Positions 59,918-64,000 of a stretch of DNA of 64,000 bases are shown piece by piece. Source of the stretch: Balanoglossus misakiensis. Taxonomy: Eukaryota; Animalia; Hemichordata. The stretch covers positions 7,403,808 to 7,467,807 of the forward strand of contig CM082585.2 of assembly GCA_040954595.2 (NCBI GenBank), given 5' to 3'. The position numbers and the translations under genes were made by a program. The notes beneath the pieces were generated by a model that worked only from the letters and a program-made list of their open reading frames with translations, was not told the origin of the DNA and ran no database searches. Positions within the stretch are counted from its first letter, which is position 1, and each line of letters begins with the position of its first letter.

Positions 59918-62900
59918 ACGATGGAGGCAGGGGTGAGAATCTAGCCTCCTTGCAGTGATGTCGTAAACCAATGTTAGGCCCCTAATCACCTTTTCCTACC
60001 TCTGGTCAGTTCCTTGCGAACGTGTGTGTAGTTTTGCCAAACGATTTGAACGTTCAGCTGTTCAAAAGGTTCGCGCTATATCTATTGCAGCAAGAAAATG
60101 TTCCGGACAAGTGCATTTTTATTCAAACAATGTGATGATTTACGACGTAAAATGTTCCAATTAGAGCGGACTTTGTGAGAGGTTGTGCGCGGTATTCATC
60201 ACCACCTACGAACAAAATATCTCTCATTATGTTGTCAAATATTGAACGCATCTTCAAAGATTAATCACTGGGCTTTTGTTTCCGTCGCCAAGGTCGCAAG
60301 CCGTTTTGTACTCCTTGTCGCAAACAATGCATCTGACAGGAAGGCGAATGCGCGCATACTCTTTTACGACTTTCCTTCCCAACTTGGCGGAGTATTAGAT
60401 TTTTATCGTGGTTCCCCTGATCAAAGGAATCACCGAACTGCCTATTGTCAGGGAATCTGTCGTTGGGATTTACTGCTGAATGTAATATCATTCCTACACT
60501 ACCTTTGTGTTATCTTTGCCGTGGTAGGCTCAGTGGGTGATGATATACACCAAACAACCTTGGCAAAAATGACCGGCAAAGAAAAAAAAGTGTAACAAAT
60601 AGGCCTAGGCCTACACAAATAACGTCTGTTGGAGGACACGGCCAGTTCGAGCAGGTCAGCAATACAGTTTTGAAATGAGGTTTTGCTGTCTTTGACAGGA
60701 CAGTACAGTACAGACGCACCTGTACTTGCGTACACTGTACATCTTTTGTGATCAGAGACAATACTATTGTGGCCCTGGATGCGGTCTCCAGGGGCGCGTT
60801 GTGAAAGTCTTCTTTGAGACTGCGCACACTGACCGAGGATGAACGAGATTGTTCCCTTGGCGCAAGTTCAAGTTGTACACCTTAACCTTGTCCTTGGCAC
60901 GGTCAGAGATGTTTGATTTCTTCAAAGGGTATTTATCGAGGCGAAGCTAAACACATTTTGTGCGATTCGGGTCAGCGGATTCCTAAGTCCTGGAAAAGTA
61001 ATCGTTCAGGCACCGTTCGTACACTGCCTTCAGGGAATGATAAAAGCTTGCGAGGAACTGGAGCGAAATGGACGGTTTCTTGCATACTCTTTGCATTAGG
61101 AAACAATTGTAAATATCGCAGGCCTGAACTGCTAAACAAATTTACGATAAATCTTTTGATGTGTTCGTGCACCGACAAGAATTTACAGTGGACGCCTTTT
61201 TGTCCCACAATCCACATGCAAGTTTCCATTGTGGATTTTTATTACATGATAGCGAGAGACGTTAATTGCATTGTTTCTGTTGCTGTTATTTGTCTGTAGT
61301 AGTATAGGCATACTCACAATTACACGTTTTACAGGGCGGCAAGTGATGAATGCTGTGACGTCATCGACACGGAATTGAGTGCATAAAATTTCATTATGTG
61401 ACGGTAATGTTTATCGATTCATGTAGGCCTAATTATCGCGTCTGTAGTAGCTGACAGTGGATTGGTGCCAGTGATGTACTCTGATCGTTTTATAGACATC
61501 CCACTTTTACTTTCAACATCTTGTGTCTTTTAGGTGTGCGCATTAAATTGCACAAATCTCGTTATCGTCTTTCGCCGGTCGTTTAATGTCGACAGGACAA
61601 TTCTTTCCTGGCTTGTATGGCAGAGAGTGAATTCAAAACTGTACACGTGTATGATTCTATTGTCTTCGGGTCTTTAAACACTGAAAAATTGAGAGCGAAA
61701 ATTTATGAGGGTTTATTTTTCATGTACTGCTATCATGGTTTCTGCTTTGCGTGTACTTAACTCAGATTCAGATATTATCAAGTTATGAACTGGCGCGCTT
61801 TAAAAGTACAGCTTCAACACCAGACCACACAGCCGACCCGGACGCGCTGTACAAACAACCACAAAGAAACCGTTACCTTTTACGACACCTGGTACAAAAA
61901 GCCATTGTTTGCCGACAGAAAGAATCTGTCGAAAATCGTTCAATAATAACACACGGGCCACACAGATGACGCAGGTACAGCTGATTTATGCCTACTGCAG
62001 CCTTTTTTTGTGGGAGACTCGTAAAATTTTATACCGCGGACTCAGTTAAAAACCAACAAAAACCGAAATTAACTGTGAGATGCGTGCGTTTGCTTTGCAT
62101 TATGGGAAGTTTGCAATCTCAGCGGGATCAGAGCCTCTGTCACTGACCTCCCGTACATTTCGCAATACATGCAATTTATCAAACGATGCATTCATCGTCA
62201 CCTGGATTAAAATAGATGACTATAGCCTACACCACTGTAAACAGAGAACCAGTAACCTCTTGATCGGTACCGTACTTCGTTATCCCACTGTAACCGCCGG
62301 CGCGAACGTTTTATTCCCGAACTGCCCCAAACGCTAACGGATGAATATAAATTCCACGAAAGATTGACACGCGTCCTATAAAATCTTCAGCGAAGGCATC
62401 ATTTCTCTTGCAACGAATAAAATCAATTATCTCATAAAATGATTTTGCCGCGCACATTGATTTATGTATGGAAACTGTCAATTGCATTGATTTTATTGAT
62501 AGTGATGGCCGGGTTAAAGAAACATCCGCCATAAAATCGACTAAAATGAAACCCAAAGTGTAATTATTGATTGGCTGTGGTAAGTTGTTTTCCAGTCAAA
62601 GTCAGGCAATCATTTGTATACTGAATGTGACGTATACAACTAGGTTAACTATCTGACTATTTAGTCCATTTTCCTGCAAAAGGACAATATTTCTGTATTC
62701 ACTATTTCCGGTTCCTGTGATGGTGTATTTCCGGTTCCTGTTAGGGTGTGAGCGACCATTCACATTGCGTAGTGGCTCACCATCAATACGCCATGGTATC
62801 TGTAGCTAAATTTCCATAGGTAACCGTATATACTTTAATATTTGAAACGTCAATTATTTACGGTGTTTTGATTTTAAAAATGAACACTCTTACGAGGTAT

Positions 62901-64000
62901 TTGGTTACTGATCACAGAGGTTAAATTATCGTGTCCCGCTGCCATGGCGACGCGGTCGATACAAGTTATAATCTAATAAAGTTTTGTACTTCCGGAGTTG
63001 CCGTCTATATTACACTGTCAGAAAGTATTAGAAGTTGATCAACCGTGTGCGTTTCTGACGAATTCTATTTCAAGTAACAGCAATTAAGAAGTATTTGCAG
63101 TCGAGAATAGCGGCCACTTATTTCTGTTTGGATTCTTGCACGCATTTGAAATGCGATGCGGCTATCATTCTCGAGAATGCATCGGGTATTTCGGGGGTAA
63201 CAAATCACGCGAGTTTGGAAAGCTACAGGAATTTCTCTCCTTTGAAATGTGAACGAAAAATTCCAACAATGAAACTGCTTCTTTATAATTTATCAATAAA
63301 AGATACTTCTTTTTTTGCAAGATGATTGGTGTAGAAGAGGGCTGGGGCCAGGGTTAGGGGGGGGGGGTTGTAAGTAGGTGATGAAACATCCGGACGTTCC
63401 TGCAAACTTTAATTATGCACCGGGCATTCTAGACAGATGCATTTCACACATCATGCTAAATATTCTGTGCTTCGACTGAACCACGTCACACTGTGTGATA
63501 GCCATTTAGTGTACAATGTGTCTATCATGTAGGATCGCGTAGACTTCTGCAGTAGCACGTTTGACAGATCCTCGCGATGTGTACCACGCTATTAATCCAA
63601 CCCGTCGATTTTTTAAATACTGTCGTTATTTTCCCAAGCTGCCGTAAATCTTAGTTCGTGCATAGTCGTCACCCTTGCAATATTCCTTACGCGCCGTGTG
63701 CATTCTCCCTCTCGATCCAGTCGCAGCGAAGATCGATATTCAAAACGGGCCTTTGACTAGAGGGATCAGTGTATTAAATGCACGCTGCTCGGACAACCGC
63801 AGGAAACAAATAGACGCAAACAAAAGGAAGACGTCGCCGCTTGTTCTGCCGCCAGCGAAAGTGGGATACGACACTGCCGGCCTCCGACTCGCCAAAGGGG
63901 ACATGTTCTTGTGAAGGTCGCCGAAAAGCAGAGGACGCTTCGACCGGAATAGATAATATATGCGTGTCAGCAGCATACAGCGACGGACATCAGACTATAA

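Noticed and set aside
60000-64000. Short ORFs at the right end of the window
   Set aside because: No recognisable product or supportable exon chain.

Overview
This is eukaryotic (animal) genomic DNA with spliceosomal introns, so the ORF track shows only exon fragments and I rebuilt the gene models by hand from splice sites and reading frames. Gene content suggests an invertebrate deuterostome, possibly a hemichordate (inference only). Gene order: chordin-like (+), POLD3 (-), two tandem BRICHOS-domain genes (-), a TRIM-NHL with a single coding exon (+), a C-factor/sniffer-like SDR (-), a USP4/11/15/32-type deubiquitinase (+), a chimeric RS-DED-NACHT-LRR gene (+) and RSRC1 (+). Top hits: (1) an apparently intact NLR immune receptor whose promoter and N-terminal RS domain come from a partial duplication of the neighbouring splicing factor RSRC1; (2) two BRICHOS precursors predicted to release, by furin cleavage, anionic hydrophobic C-x14-C hairpin peptides; (3) a RING-like zinc finger inside the USP catalytic domain; (4) a chordin-like/POLD3 tail-to-tail pair matching the human CHRDL2-POLD3 arrangement. 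All exon models are predictions without transcript evidence.
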